Part shown: positions 17,937-28,207 of the stretch, piece after piece
Numbering within the stretch: position 1 is the first letter of the stretch
Layout of the letters: the number at the start of each line of letters is the position of its first letter
Origin: an uncultured Christensenella sp.
GTDB taxonomy: Bacteria; Bacillota; Clostridia; Christensenellales; Pumilibacteraceae
Direction: 5' to 3'
NCBI GenBank assembly: GCA_949948785.1
Contig: CATLGX010000001.1
Location: 15,408-79,407, forward strand
DNA length: 64,000 nucleotides
Program-made: the position numbers and the translations under genes
The notes under the pieces: generated by a model
Told to the model about the DNA's origin: nothing
The model's database searches: none
What the model saw: only the letters and a program-made list of their open reading frames with translations

Positions 17937-18335
17937 ATGAAGAAGAGATTGTTTACGGTTTTGATAGCGGTAGCAATGGCTGTCGCGTGCGTCATGGGAC
18001 TTGTCGCATGCGGCGACGACGCAAGCAGCGTCAACGGTACTTATGACGTTTACAGTTGCAATACCGAGACAAAAGCATGCGCCACAAACGGACAGACTTA
18101 TATACTTAAAGACGGTAAAGTTACGGTTACGTTTCCCGGTTCGTCATCCGAGTCGATGACAGCGGAATACGAAGTCGAGGACGGCAACATCGTATTCAAC
18201 ATGGGCGGACAAAAAGGAACTTACAAAAAGAAAGACAACTACTATTATATGTCTATGGGCGGTTCCGGCTTTATAGCGATTTGCAAACAAGGCGAAACGC
18301 CTAAGGGCTTCACCGTAGACAGCTCCGCTACCTAA
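17937..18335 (+). CDS. Small hypothetical lipoprotein
   Basis: MKKR...GLVAC lipobox; GAGGAG RBS; terminator follows. Confidence 0.75.
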   Translation: MKKRLFTVLIAVAMAVACVMGLVACGDDASSVNGTYDVYSCNTETKACATNGQTYILKDGKVTVTFPGSSSESMTAEYEVEDGNIVFNMGGQKGTYKKKDNYYYMSMGGSGFIAICKQGETPKGFTVDSSAT

Positions 18336-18349
18336 TCAATGCCATATGT

Positions 18350-18384
18350 AAAAAACGACCGAGTGAGTTTCGGTCGTTTTTTTT
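18350..18384 (+). terminator. Intrinsic terminator
   Basis: AAAAAACGACCGA..TCGGTCGTTTTTTTT. Confidence 0.75.
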
Positions 18385-18400
18385 ATGGTCGATATTGTAA

Positions 18401-18445
18401 CCACCCCCGTCCGCCTTAGGCGGACATCCCCTCCCCGGGGAGGGG
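18401..18445. repeat. REP-like GC-rich double palindrome
   Basis: GTCCGCC-tta-GGCGGAC (18409-18425) next to CCCCTCCCC-GGGGAGGGG (18428-18445), intergenic between convergent genes. Confidence 0.5.
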
Positions 18446-18626
18446 CAGATGGAAAACATTGCGCACCTTATACCAAGGCGGAGGGGAAGAAGAGAAACAA
18501 CTCGACACACATTCCGAGGATTCGGCGTAAGTAAATCGGTGCGATACACTTATTCGAGAAACACGCGGAAGCAAAATAGCACAGACGCAATTTATGCGCG
18601 TCGATTGGAATAATCTTTGTTTTGTA

Positions 18627-20072
18627 TTACGAATCGAGAATTGTTTTTACTTTTCGCAGACGGGCAACGGCTTTTTCTTTACCGAACAGTTTTACCATTT
18701 CGGCGCCGCCGCCCGGGGTAGCCGCCGCGCCGGTGAGCGCGATTCTGTACACCCACAGAACCTGACCTTTTTTAAGCGATTTCTTTTCCGCAAGCGCGTT
18801 AAGCGCGGCGTTGACGCTTTCGAGGTCGTCGACCTCTGCGTTTTCCGTTATTTCTATGCACTCGTCGATGATGCTTTTTGCGAGCGCGGCGTCGGTTTTC
18901 CACTTTTTGTTTTCAAACAGCGAGAAATCGAAAGGCGTTTGCGCGCCGTCGTCGAACGCCCGCAAAAACTCCGTTTTGTCTTTAATGTCCGAAAGAATTT
19001 CGACGCGGGGCTGCAAAAGTTCGGAAAGGTACTCTAAATCGACGTTTGCGTCCGCGCAATACTTTTCATAAAACGGCATTGCCGCGGAGTGGAATTCCGC
19101 TGCGGCGATTTCTTTGATATACAGCGAATTGAGCCAGCGCATTTTTGTTTCGTCGAATATGGACGACGATTTTTGCAAGCCGTCTATCGAGAACAGCTCC
19201 GTAAGTTCGGACATTGACAGTTTTTCGCGGTTGTCCTTGGGGTTCCAGCCGAGCAGAGCTATATAATTGACTATGGCGTGGGGAAGAAAACCTTTATTCA
19301 AAAAATCCTCGAAGCCTGCGTCGCCGTCGCGCTTGCTCAGTTTGTGCGTCGCGTCGCGCATTATCGGCTGTAAGTGCACGTACACGGGACGTTCCCAGCC
19401 GAGCGCGTCGTACAAAAGGTTGTATTTGGGCGTGGACATAAGATATTCGACGCCGCGTATGCAGTGGGTAATGCCCATGAGGTGGTCGTCTATGACGTTG
19501 GCAAAGTTGTACGTCGGCATGCCGTCCGATTTGATAAGTATGTTGTCTTCGAGGTCTTTGTAATCGACGGTTATGTCGCCGAACACTTCGTCGTGATAAG
19601 TGGACGAGCCGACGCTCGGTATATTCTGGCGTATGACGTACGGTTCGCCGCGCGCGATTCGGTCTTGCACTTCCTGTGCGGATAGGGCGAGACAGCGTTT
19701 GTCGTATTTGGTCGCGCCGCTTTTGTGCATGTCTTCGAGACGTTCTTTGGTACAGAAACAGCAGTATGCGTCGCCGCTTTCGAGCAGTTGTCGCGCGTAC
19801 TTCAAGTAAATGTCTTTGCGTTGAGACTGTATATACGGACCGCAATCGCCTCCGACGCCCGGTCCTTCGTCGTAATGTAGTCCCGCTTTGTCGAGCGCTT
19901 GAATGATTACGTCCACCGCGCCGGCGACTTCGCGGTTTTGGTCGGTGTCCTCTATTCTGAGAATAAACTTGCCGCCGTGCTTTTTCGCGAAAAGGTAGGC
20001 GTACAGCGCCGTTCTGAGTCCGCCGATATGAAGATAGCCCGTAGGGCTGGGTGCAAAACGCGTTCTTACCAT
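18627..20072 (-). CDS. gltX: Glutamate--tRNA ligase
   Basis: VRTRFAPSPTGYLHIGG, RIEDTD and KLSKR; AGGAG RBS. Confidence 0.96.
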   Translation of the reverse strand: MVRTRFAPSPTGYLHIGGLRTALYAYLFAKKHGGKFILRIEDTDQNREVAGAVDVIIQALDKAGLHYDEGPGVGGDCGPYIQSQRKDIYLKYARQLLESGDAYCCFCTKERLEDMHKSGATKYDKRCLALSAQEVQDRIARGEPYVIRQNIPSVGSSTYHDEVFGDITVDYKDLEDNILIKSDGMPTYNFANVIDDHLMGITHCIRGVEYLMSTPKYNLLYDALGWERPVYVHLQPIMRDATHKLSKRDGDAGFEDFLNKGFLPHAIVNYIALLGWNPKDNREKLSMSELTELFSIDGLQKSSSIFDETKMRWLNSLYIKEIAAAEFHSAAMPFYEKYCADANVDLEYLSELLQPRVEILSDIKDKTEFLRAFDDGAQTPFDFSLFENKKWKTDAALAKSIIDECIEITENAEVDDLESVNAALNALAEKKSLKKGQVLWVYRIALTGAAATPGGGAEMVKLFGKEKAVARLRKVKTILDS

Positions 20073-20177
20073 AATTCTCTCCTTGACAAGAGCTTTGAGC
20101 AAATGCTATAATTAAAAGTAATATAAACAATTATAAATCTTTTGCGCGGATAACGCAAGCGAAAGGACGGTAGTGGC

Positions 20178-21575
20178 ATGGACGAAAAAACTCTTCTCGA
20201 CGACCTCGGCGAAATCATAGCGATAAAAAGCGTGTACTCGGAACCTGCGGACGGCGCGCCTTATGGCGAGGGGTGCAGACAGGCGCTTCAATGGTTTGTC
20301 GACAAAGCGCGCTCATACGGGCTTAAAGCCGAAAACATGGATAATTACTGCGCGTATGCGGAGTACGGCGAGGGTAAAGAGTGCATAGGCGTGCTCGCGC
20401 ACCTCGACGTTGTTCCCGCGGGCAACGGTTGGGCGACCGACCCGTTCAAAATGGTCGAAGAGGGCGGCAAGGTTTACGGCAGAGGCGTAGGCGACGACAA
20501 AGGTTCGGTCGTCGTGTGTCTGCATGCGCTCAAAGAACTCAAAGACAAAGGCGCGAAGCTCGCCCGCCGCGTCAGGCTTATCGTCGGCGCGGATGAGGAG
20601 CGCGGAAGCTCGTGCATACGGTACTATCTCGAACACGGCGGAGAAGTCCCCGTAATGTCGTTTGTGCCGGACAGCGAGTTCCCCGTAATAAACAGCGAAA
20701 AGGGGATAGCGCATATTCGTCTGGACTTTAAAGACGAAGCGCTCGCAAAGAACGTTATTCGAATCGACGGTGCGGCGTGCCGTAACGCAGTTCCCGACAG
20801 GTCGACATTTACCGTCGCCGAGGGAAGCCCGCTGTACGCGGCGCTCGAAAAAGCCACGGACGACGTATTCCGCCGCGCACCCGCCGCGGAGCGCATCGTT
20901 ACCATGGGCGCGCGTCCCGAGGACTTCGGAATACAGAAAAAGCGCGACGGCATTCAGATCGTTGCCGAGGGCACGGCGGAACATGCGTCGACGCCCGAAA
21001 AAGGAGACAACGCGCTTTGGAAAACGCTCGGTTTCTTGTCGGCGTATAACGGCGTAATCGGGTCGAAGTTTATAGACGTAATATACGATACGCTGTGCAC
21101 GCCGCTTGCCGCGCAAAAGCTCGGCATTTACGTCGACGACGAAAAAAGCGGCGACCTTACCATGTGCATGTCGGTTGCGGATATGGTCGGCGACACGCTG
21201 TCTCTGATTATAGACTTCCGTTTGCCGCTCGGCGTAACGGCGCAAAGCGTCGCGAGCGCGCTCGAAAACGGCACGGGCTGCAAAGCCGCGGTACTCGATT
21301 ATCATGAAAACCTTTATGTCGACGAAAACTCGCCGCTCGTTACCGCACTTTTGAATGTGTATCGCGGTATAACGGGCGATACGACTCCGCCGTTAAAGAC
21401 GGGCGGCGGCACGTACGCGCGCGAGCTTCCCAATGCGGTTGCGTTCGGTTGCACTCCTGTCGACCTTGACATCAACATGCACCGCGCGGACGAGAATTTC
21501 CCCGTCGCACAGCTCTTTAAAAATTACGAAATATATTCGGCGGCTATGAAAGCGCTTGCCGACATGCGTTTATAA
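20178..21575 (+). CDS. pepV: Sapep/PepV family M20 dipeptidase
   Basis: AHLDVVPAG, GRGVGDDKG, DEE, GGGTYAR and MHRADE. Confidence 0.85.
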   Translation: MDEKTLLDDLGEIIAIKSVYSEPADGAPYGEGCRQALQWFVDKARSYGLKAENMDNYCAYAEYGEGKECIGVLAHLDVVPAGNGWATDPFKMVEEGGKVYGRGVGDDKGSVVVCLHALKELKDKGAKLARRVRLIVGADEERGSSCIRYYLEHGGEVPVMSFVPDSEFPVINSEKGIAHIRLDFKDEALAKNVIRIDGAACRNAVPDRSTFTVAEGSPLYAALEKATDDVFRRAPAAERIVTMGARPEDFGIQKKRDGIQIVAEGTAEHASTPEKGDNALWKTLGFLSAYNGVIGSKFIDVIYDTLCTPLAAQKLGIYVDDEKSGDLTMCMSVADMVGDTLSLIIDFRLPLGVTAQSVASALENGTGCKAAVLDYHENLYVDENSPLVTALLNVYRGITGDTTPPLKTGGGTYARELPNAVAFGCTPVDLDINMHRADENFPVAQLFKNYEIYSAAMKALADMRL

Positions 21576-21642
21576 ACTCTGTGATTTCGCATACTACCCG
21601 TGCGGGTTTTGCCCGTGAAGGTTATCAATAAGGAGAAAAAAC

Positions 21643-21948
21643 ATGATAGTGAAAAACCCGACTCGCGAACAGTTCGAAAGCGTCGTGTCAAGCGGAAAAA
21701 CGCTCGTCGATTTTTGGGCGGGCTGGTGCGGTCCGTGCAGAGCGCAGACTCCTATAGTCGAGAAGTTGGAAGAGGAGACCGACGTAAATCTCGTTTCCGT
21801 AAATGTCGACGAGGACGGCGAGCTTGCGGAAATGTTCCGCGTCGCGAGCATCCCCACGCTTATATTGTACGAGAACGGCGAAAAAATAAAAAAATTCGTC
21901 GGATTTACGTCGCTTGCCGAACTTAAAGCGGCGTTCGGAATACAATAG
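21643..21948 (+). CDS. trxA: Thioredoxin
   Basis: DFWAGWCGPC and SIPTL; AGGAG RBS. Confidence 0.93.
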   Translation: MIVKNPTREQFESVVSSGKTLVDFWAGWCGPCRAQTPIVEKLEEETDVNLVSVNVDEDGELAEMFRVASIPTLILYENGEKIKKFVGFTSLAELKAAFGIQ

Positions 21949-21984
21949 TAGAAAAAAGCCGAGGCAGGGAAACTTCGCGTAAAA

Positions 21985-23073
21985 ATGGATTCGAGGTCGA
22001 AAAAGACGCTTCTCACGCTTATAGTGGGGCTTGCGTTGAATATTGCGCTCGGCACGGGTAAACTTGTTATCGGGCTTCTTTCTGATTCCGTTTCCGTTGC
22101 GTCCGACGCCGTAAACAATTTGTCGGACGCGGCGGTTTCCGTTGTGTCTGCGGTGGCAGTTGCGCTCGCGGCGCGCGCCGCCGACCACGACCACCCGTAC
22201 GGACACGGCAGATACGAATACATAGCGACGTTCGTACTCGGCGCGGTAATCGCCGCAGTGGGCGTCGAGCTTTTTATAGGCGGTGTGGAACGCGCCGTAA
22301 ACCCGCAAGCGGTGGACGCCGGCATAGCGATGTGGGCGGTGCTCGGCGCGTCGATAGTCGTCAAAGCGTTTATGGCGGTGTTCTATTTCGTGCGTTGCGG
22401 GCGGCAGAAAAGCGGCACTGTAAAAGCCGCCGCCGTCGATTCCGCATCTGACGCGGCGGTTACGACAGCCGTTTTGGTTTGCGCTGTGATTCAGTACAAG
22501 ACGGGCGCCGATATAGACGGATACGTATCGATTGGAGTATCCGCCGTGGTGCTTGTATTGGCAGTGCGTATTTTAAAAGGCGTAATCGGCAGGCTTCTCG
22601 GCGGGAGACCCGACCCCGAGCTGACGCAAAAAATTTACGGAATACTTTCGACGTCCGAGGTCGCAACTTCCGCGCACAATCTCGTCGTCAACGATTACGG
22701 CGAGACAAACAAGATAGCCGAAGTCGACCTCGTATTTCCGTCGGATATGAGTTTTCTCGAAGTACATGCCGAATGCGACAGGCTCGAACGTGTTGTGCTT
22801 TGCGAAACGGGCGTTCGGCTTTCCGTGCATGCGGACCCTCTCATAACCGACGACGCGCGGCTGTCCGACATAACCGACAGGCTCGCGGCGTGTCTTGCCG
22901 CGTTCGGCGCGACAGCGCACGACGTTGCCTTGGACGACTGCAACAAGCGCGTCGAGCTTGGTATCGCGCTTCCCGACGACGGCGCGCCCGCGGACGAAAT
23001 CAAGAGTTTGGCGACGGCGCAGGTACGGCAAGTCGTGCCGTACGAAGTCGAAATACATACGGACTATATTTGA
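21985..23073 (+). CDS. Cation diffusion facilitator family transporter
   Basis: SDAVNNLSD, DHDHPYGHGRYEY, TM domain plus a C-terminal dimerisation domain. Confidence 0.88.
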   Translation: MDSRSKKTLLTLIVGLALNIALGTGKLVIGLLSDSVSVASDAVNNLSDAAVSVVSAVAVALAARAADHDHPYGHGRYEYIATFVLGAVIAAVGVELFIGGVERAVNPQAVDAGIAMWAVLGASIVVKAFMAVFYFVRCGRQKSGTVKAAAVDSASDAAVTTAVLVCAVIQYKTGADIDGYVSIGVSAVVLVLAVRILKGVIGRLLGGRPDPELTQKIYGILSTSEVATSAHNLVVNDYGETNKIAEVDLVFPSDMSFLEVHAECDRLERVVLCETGVRLSVHADPLITDDARLSDITDRLAACLAAFGATAHDVALDDCNKRVELGIALPDDGAPADEIKSLATAQVRQVVPYEVEIHTDYI

Positions 23074-23074
23074 T

Positions 23075-24142
23075 ATGGCAGATGGGAAAAGAGTAATAAT
23101 AGGAATGTCCGGCGGCGTCGATTCCGCTGTCGCGGCGTATCTTTTAAAACGCGGCGGTTACGACGTTACCGGACTTTTCATGCATAACTGGGAAGAGGAG
23201 GAAGGCGGCGAGTGTACCGCCGCCGACGATTGGTCGGACGTGTGCGCGGTCGGCGCCGCGCTCGGGATAGAATGTTATTCGGTTAATTTCGCAAAGGAAT
23301 ACGCCGATGAGGTTTTCGCGTATTTTTTGGACGAGTACCGCAAGTACCGTACGCCCAATCCCGACGTTTTATGCAACCGTAAAGTAAAGTTCGGCGCGTT
23401 CCGAGATTACTGCATCGGGTTAGGCGCGGATATGATTGCGACGGGACACTATTGCAGGAAAAGCGGCGACGCGCTTTTCCGCGCAGTCGACGGAAACAAG
23501 GACCAAAGTTATTTTCTCAACCAGGTAAAGACAGAGCAACTCGAAAACGTACTTTTCCCCATAGGCGGCATGACGAAACCGCAAGTTCGCGCGCTCGCGC
23601 ACGAACTTAAACTGCCCGTCGCAGACAAAAAAGACAGCACGGGCGTTTGCTTTATAGGCGAGCGCAAGTTTAAGAAGTTTTTAAAAGAGTTTTTGCCCGC
23701 GCAACCGGGCGATATAACGGACGAGCGCGGAAAAATCGTCGGCAAACACGACGGGCTGATGTATTATACTCTCGGGCAGAGACGGGGGTTGGACATAGGC
23801 GGAGTAAAAGGCGAGGTCGGTCGTTGGTTCGTGCTCGGCAAAGACGTGCAAAACAACCGTCTTATTGTTTCGTGCGGAGACGAGAGCGGACTGTTTTCGC
23901 GTTCGCTGAAAGGCGCGGGATTTAACATAATAGGCTCATTCGATATGCCGAAAGAGCTTAAATGCACGGCAAAGACGCGTTATCGGCAGAACGATTTCGG
24001 CGCAACGCTGCGACTTTTCGAGAACGGCGAGTTCGAACTGGATTTCGACGAGCCGCAACGCGCCGTAACGCCCGGTCAATATGCGGTCGTATATCTCGGC
24101 GAGCGCTGTCTCGGCGGCGGAACGATAGAGGCGAGCGAATAA
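23075..24142 (+). CDS. mnmA: tRNA 2-thiouridine(34) synthase
   Basis: GMSGGVDS, TPNPDVLCN, ATGHY, KDQSYFL, DSTGVCFIGE and AVTPGQ. Confidence 0.96.
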   Translation: MADGKRVIIGMSGGVDSAVAAYLLKRGGYDVTGLFMHNWEEEEGGECTAADDWSDVCAVGAALGIECYSVNFAKEYADEVFAYFLDEYRKYRTPNPDVLCNRKVKFGAFRDYCIGLGADMIATGHYCRKSGDALFRAVDGNKDQSYFLNQVKTEQLENVLFPIGGMTKPQVRALAHELKLPVADKKDSTGVCFIGERKFKKFLKEFLPAQPGDITDERGKIVGKHDGLMYYTLGQRRGLDIGGVKGEVGRWFVLGKDVQNNRLIVSCGDESGLFSRSLKGAGFNIIGSFDMPKELKCTAKTRYRQNDFGATLRLFENGEFELDFDEPQRAVTPGQYAVVYLGERCLGGGTIEASE

Positions 24143-24274
24143 TTATCAACTGCAATTCGGAACGGAAGTTTATCGGGCGTAAGCGTTGTATTGTTTATGC
24201 CCGATGCGCGACAATCGAGAATATCCTTTACAAATAATCGAAAAGCGGGTATAATACTTAAAAGGAGACGAGAT

Positions 24275-25036
24275 ATGAATTTTTTGAGCGCGATGGGTTT
24301 TGCCGATTACTTTACAGACCCCGCATATTTATTGTACATGATATGCGCGTGTTTGTTTATTCCGTTTTTTATTTTCAGCATAGTTGTGCAGGCGCGCGTG
24401 TCGACCACTTTCAATAAGTACAACCGCGTGCCTTGTTCTTCGGGCGTGGACGCGCAGACGTATGCGCGCAATTTTCTCGCGTCCGAGGGGATTAACATTA
24501 AGTTCGCGGCGGTGCGCGGTTCGCTTACCGACAACTTCAATCCGCGGACAAACACTATTTCGTTATCCGATACGGTGCGGCGGTCGGCGGCGGTCGGCGC
24601 GATAGGGGTCGCCTGCCACGAAGCGGGACATGCCGTTCAGCATGCGAAAAAATACTTTTTCTCGTCGGCGCGGCTGGCGCTCGTTCCCATAGTCAATTTC
24701 GCGAGCGGGCTTTTGTGGCCGATATTCATAGTCGGGTTCGTACTCGGGTTTGCCTCGCCGTACACTCTGATTGGCAAGGTGTTTATAATCGCGGGGCTTT
24801 CGGTTATGGGACTGTCGTTGCTTTTCTCGCTCGTAACGTTGCCGACCGAGTTCGACGCGAGCCGCAGAGCGTACAAGTATTTGGAACCGCGCATGCTGCC
24901 CGAAGAGGCTAAGGGCGTCAAAAAAGTACTGCGCGCCGCCGCAATGACGTACGTCGCGTCGTTTATGATGACGTCGTTGCAGTTTTTACTGTTGCTCGCG
25001 AGGCTTTTGATGGGCATGAGCAGAAGAAACCGATAA
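24275..25036 (+). CDS. Putative neutral zinc metallopeptidase (YugP-like), membrane
   Basis: GSLTDNFNP, VACHEAGHAVQH, LVTLPTEFDASRRA and AAMTYVA. Confidence 0.88.
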   Translation: MNFLSAMGFADYFTDPAYLLYMICACLFIPFFIFSIVVQARVSTTFNKYNRVPCSSGVDAQTYARNFLASEGINIKFAAVRGSLTDNFNPRTNTISLSDTVRRSAAVGAIGVACHEAGHAVQHAKKYFFSSARLALVPIVNFASGLLWPIFIVGFVLGFASPYTLIGKVFIIAGLSVMGLSLLFSLVTLPTEFDASRRAYKYLEPRMLPEEAKGVKKVLRAAAMTYVASFMMTSLQFLLLLARLLMGMSRRNR

Positions 25037-25055
25037 TTTTTAATGAACGTAAAGC

Positions 25056-25087
25056 AAATAACCGCGCACGATTGCGCGGTTATTTTT
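25056..25087 (+). terminator. Intrinsic terminator
   Basis: AAATAACCGCGCA-cgat-TGCGCGGTTATTTTT. Confidence 0.75.
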
Positions 25088-25192
25088 CGTGCGTTTTGTT
25101 TTTTGAAAAATCTGTCTTTTTAGAGTTGACTATCGGTTCGGCGTAATGTATAATTGCATTGATTACTACATTACATAGGAAATAGCGGTGAT

Positions 25193-26242
25193 ATGTCGGC
25201 TTCACTTTTAAAGAACAAAAAGTTCTACAACTTTTGTCTCGTTCCCATCGTCATAATCGTATCGGGCTTTATTCGGTCGGTATGCGTGCAGGTTTTCGTC
25301 GTGCCGTTCAACTTCGCGCCCGGCGGAGCTACCGGTATAGCTACGATGTTAAATTACGGCACGGGGCTTGCTACGGGTTGGCTGTATTTGATTGTCAACG
25401 CGCCGCTTATCATTATAGCGTTTATATTCATAAGCAAAGGTTTCGCGTTCAAAACGGGCTTGGCAATCGGCGCGTCGTCGCTTTTCATGTTGTTGATGGA
25501 ATATCTCAAATTCCCGCAGTACGAAAACATAGAAGGCAATCAGCCCATACTCGCCGCGGCGGCGAGCGGCGTGCTCGGCGGCATAGGGCTGTCCATGATG
25601 CTCAAAATCGGCGGGTCGACCGGCGGTTCGGACATTATCGCGGTGTGCATACAGAAAAAGCTGTCGGCTACCAATGTCTCCTGGTTCATTTACGGCATAG
25701 ACGCCACGATAGTTTTCGTCTCGGCGTTCGTCTATCAGAACGGCTTAAATCCCGTACTGCTTTCGCTTGTCGAGATGTTCTGTCTCGCAATGATGGGCGA
25801 CGTTATCACGAGCGGATTTAAAACGGCTCTCAAATACGAGATTATTACCAAAGACCCCGAACCGCTCGCGCAGGACCTTTTGCACGGGCTTAGGCGCGGC
25901 GTAACGTGCACAGGCGTTACGGGCATGTATTCGCACGACGAGAAATACATGCTGACCTGTATAATACGCAAGCACCAGCTTTCCGATTTCAACAAGATAC
26001 TTCAAAAATATCCCGATACGTTCGCGTACCTCAGCAGTACGCGCGAGGTAATGGGGCTTGGTTTCAGCAGATACGAAGAACTTAAAAAAATAGCGAGCGA
26101 GTCCAATGCCGACCGCGCGGGCGCTATAACAGCGGTAGCAACCGCAGAGCAAGCCGCGCTCGCCGCAGACCCGACCGACGCAGGACAAGATGTTTCGGAC
26201 GGCATTAAAACGGATGCGCCCGAGAGCGGCAACGACGATTAA
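25193..26242 (+). CDS. YitT family membrane protein
   Basis: APGGATGIA, GGSTGGSDIIA, C-terminal RGVT...GMYS...PDTF domain. Confidence 0.88.
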   Translation: MSASLLKNKKFYNFCLVPIVIIVSGFIRSVCVQVFVVPFNFAPGGATGIATMLNYGTGLATGWLYLIVNAPLIIIAFIFISKGFAFKTGLAIGASSLFMLLMEYLKFPQYENIEGNQPILAAAASGVLGGIGLSMMLKIGGSTGGSDIIAVCIQKKLSATNVSWFIYGIDATIVFVSAFVYQNGLNPVLLSLVEMFCLAMMGDVITSGFKTALKYEIITKDPEPLAQDLLHGLRRGVTCTGVTGMYSHDEKYMLTCIIRKHQLSDFNKILQKYPDTFAYLSSTREVMGLGFSRYEELKKIASESNADRAGAITAVATAEQAALAADPTDAGQDVSDGIKTDAPESGNDD

Positions 26243-26251
26243 GGAGAGGTC

Positions 26252-28207
26252 ATGAAAGAGTTCAGAGCGGAATCCAAAAAATTGCTCGACCTCGTGGTAA
26301 ATTCCATTTATACCAACCGCGAGATTTTTCTGCGCGAGCTTATAAGCAACGCGTCTGACGCGATTGACAAGCGCAGATTTATGGCGCTTACCGACAGCAG
26401 TCTCGACGCGGATTTTTGCATAGAACTTTCTACGGACGTCGCGTCGCGCACGCTCACCGTGTCGGATAACGGCGTCGGAATGAGCGCGGAAGAGCTTGAA
26501 AACAATCTCGGCGTGATTGCCGCGAGCGGTACGGAAGCGTTTAAAAAGGAAATGAAAAAAGACGGGGACGCCGAGCTTATAGGCAGGTTCGGCGTGGGCT
26601 TTTACTCGTCGTTCATGGTTGCGGACAAAGTAACCGTTATTTCGCGCAAAGTCGGTGAGACCGCGGCGCACAAGTGGGAGTCTGACGGCGTTGACGGGTT
26701 CGACATTTGTCCCGCGGAGCGCGTCCAAGTCGGTACGAGCGTAATATTGCATTTGCGCGCCGACGGCGACGAGGACTATTCCGGTTATCTCGACATCCGC
26801 AAGCTCGAATCGCTCGTCAAAAAGTATTCGGATTATATCCGCTATCCCGTGCGTGCCGAACTTCCCAAGGCGGCGGGCGCCGACGGTGTAACCGTGGGCG
26901 AACTTACTACGCTCAACTCGATGACGCCCGTATGGAAAAAGTCCAAGTCCGAGCAGGGCGAAAACGAAATCGGAGATTTTTACAAGCGTACGTTCCGCGA
27001 CTATACCGACCCGCTCATCACGGTTTCTTCGCGTATAGAGGGTGCGGTCAATTATACCGCGTTGCTGTTTGTGCCGAGCGAGCCGGCGTTTGATTATTAC
27101 ACTAAGGACTATAAGCGCGGTTTGCAGCTTTACTGCAACGGCGTTCTGATTATGGAAAAGTGCGCCGAGCTTGTACCGGAATACCTCGGTTTCGTGCGCG
27201 GCGTAGTGGATACCGCCGACCTTTCGCTCAACATTTCGCGCGAGACGCTGCAAGAGGATAGGCGCGTGCGCGCCATTGCTTCGGGGCTTGAAAAGAAGAT
27301 TCTCGGCGAGTTTCAAAAGACGCTTAAAAACGACAGAGAAAAATACGAAAAACTGTTTGCCGCTTTTTCCAAAGCAATCAAGTTCGGCGCTTACGACAAC
27401 TTCGGCGCTAACAAGGACAAGCTGAAAGACCTTTTGCTGTATTACTCCGACGCTGGTAAAAAACTCGTTACGTTCAAAGAATACGCGGAAAGTCTCGATA
27501 AGGACGCGCCCATGCTGTACGCATGCGGAGAGACTGTCGACAAAATCGCCATGCAGCCGCAACTCGAAGGCGCGCGCGCCGCGGGCAAGGACGTTCTGTA
27601 TTTCGTGGACCCCGTCGACGAATTTATCGCGCGCATGCTCGAAAGTTACGACGGACACAAGTTTGAAAACGTTGCGTCCGAATCGGACGGAGACAAAGCG
27701 GAGCAAAGCGGACACGAAGAGCTTATCGCGCGTATGGAAAGTCGGCTCCAAGGCAAGGCGACTGTCGCCGCTACCGATAAACTTAAATCGTTCCCCGTGT
27801 GCCTCGCCGCAAAAGGCGATATTTCGCTTGAAATGGAACGCGTCATGGACGCAATGGGCGGCGGGCTTAAAGCGCAGCGCATTTTGCAGGTCAACTTCGA
27901 CCATCCCGTCATAAAATCGCTCGAAACGGCGGACGACGCGCGTTTCGACGATACGGTAACCGTGCTTTACAACGAAGCGTTGCTCGCCGAGGGCTACCGT
28001 ACCGAACCTGATTTTATTTCCGCGCTCAACAGGCTTATCGAAAGAGGTATAGCGTCGGAAGCGGAAAAAGCCGACGGCAAAAAAACGTCGGCGGGCAAGC
28101 CGACTGCCGCAAAAAAGCCCGCGGCAAAAAAGACGGCGGCAAAATCGGGCGGCGATAAAAAGCAGGAAAAGCCTGTCGGTTCGGACGGAAGCGACGGGGC
28201 GCAATGA
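26252..28207 (+). CDS. htpG: Molecular chaperone HtpG (Hsp90)
   Basis: SIYTNREIFLRELISNASDA, IGRFGVGFYS and LNISRETLQ. Confidence 0.96.
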   Translation: MKEFRAESKKLLDLVVNSIYTNREIFLRELISNASDAIDKRRFMALTDSSLDADFCIELSTDVASRTLTVSDNGVGMSAEELENNLGVIAASGTEAFKKEMKKDGDAELIGRFGVGFYSSFMVADKVTVISRKVGETAAHKWESDGVDGFDICPAERVQVGTSVILHLRADGDEDYSGYLDIRKLESLVKKYSDYIRYPVRAELPKAAGADGVTVGELTTLNSMTPVWKKSKSEQGENEIGDFYKRTFRDYTDPLITVSSRIEGAVNYTALLFVPSEPAFDYYTKDYKRGLQLYCNGVLIMEKCAELVPEYLGFVRGVVDTADLSLNISRETLQEDRRVRAIASGLEKKILGEFQKTLKNDREKYEKLFAAFSKAIKFGAYDNFGANKDKLKDLLLYYSDAGKKLVTFKEYAESLDKDAPMLYACGETVDKIAMQPQLEGARAAGKDVLYFVDPVDEFIARMLESYDGHKFENVASESDGDKAEQSGHEELIARMESRLQGKATVAATDKLKSFPVCLAAKGDISLEMERVMDAMGGGLKAQRILQVNFDHPVIKSLETADDARFDDTVTVLYNEALLAEGYRTEPDFISALNRLIERGIASEAEKADGKKTSAGKPTAAKKPAAKKTAAKSGGDKKQEKPVGSDGSDGAQ

